A stretch of 64,000 bases of DNA. Source: Macrostomum lignano. Lineage: Eukaryota. The translations under genes and the position numbers were made by a program. Below are positions 63,903 to 64,000 of this stretch, in pieces. The DNA lies in contig NIVC01001059.1 in assembly GCA_002269645.1 (NCBI GenBank), positions 124,001-188,000 of the forward strand, read 5' to 3'. The first letter of the stretch is position 1. Each line of letters opens with the position of its first letter. The notes beneath the pieces were generated by a model that saw nothing but the letters and a program-made list of their open reading frames with translations, was not told where the DNA came from and did not search any database.

Positions 63903-64000
63903 GTCAGTGGGTTCTGTTTGCAATGCCACAAGTTCAGAGGCATGGTAGTAGCTTGTTTGAGCCTATGGGGTTTTGTGGGGGGAGTCCGGCGCGCCTAGCA

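Overview
Eukaryotic (metazoan) genomic DNA: GC-rich spliced exons set in AT-rich, transposon- and minisatellite-laden sequence. The overall style suggests a repeat-rich invertebrate such as the flatworm Macrostomum, but that is my inference and is not proven. Genes I assembled by hand from splice sites and protein motifs: numb (+, 7 exons, 494 aa), a single-exon rhodopsin-type GPCR (+), a FAM149-like gene (-, 6 exons, 673 aa), a divergent intronless rps29 (-, 55 aa, too short for the ORF track), a 62-aa modular metallothionein (-), the 5' part of an SRPK kinase (+, runs off the window), and the signal-peptide exon of an unknown secreted protein (-). Mobile DNA: a complete 7.6-kb CACTA/EnSpm-type transposon (11-bp TIRs, TTG target duplication, intact transposase, spliced second gene with one nonsense codon) inserted into a decayed LINE; a LINE 3' end; Mutator-like and hAT-like non-autonomous elements, most with target-site duplications, one MITE nested in another. 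There are about 18 unrelated tandem arrays, including a 7.8-kb 98-bp satellite. Most long ORFs in the supplied track are artefacts of these arrays or antisense shadows. There is no CRISPR array and no prokaryotic system. The best leads are a 6-nt micro-exon that would toggle a G-K-R processing site, minisatellites built from splice-signal-like units, an operon-like rps29-FAM149 arrangement, and the repeat-built metallothionein. All gene models are manual and need RNA-seq.
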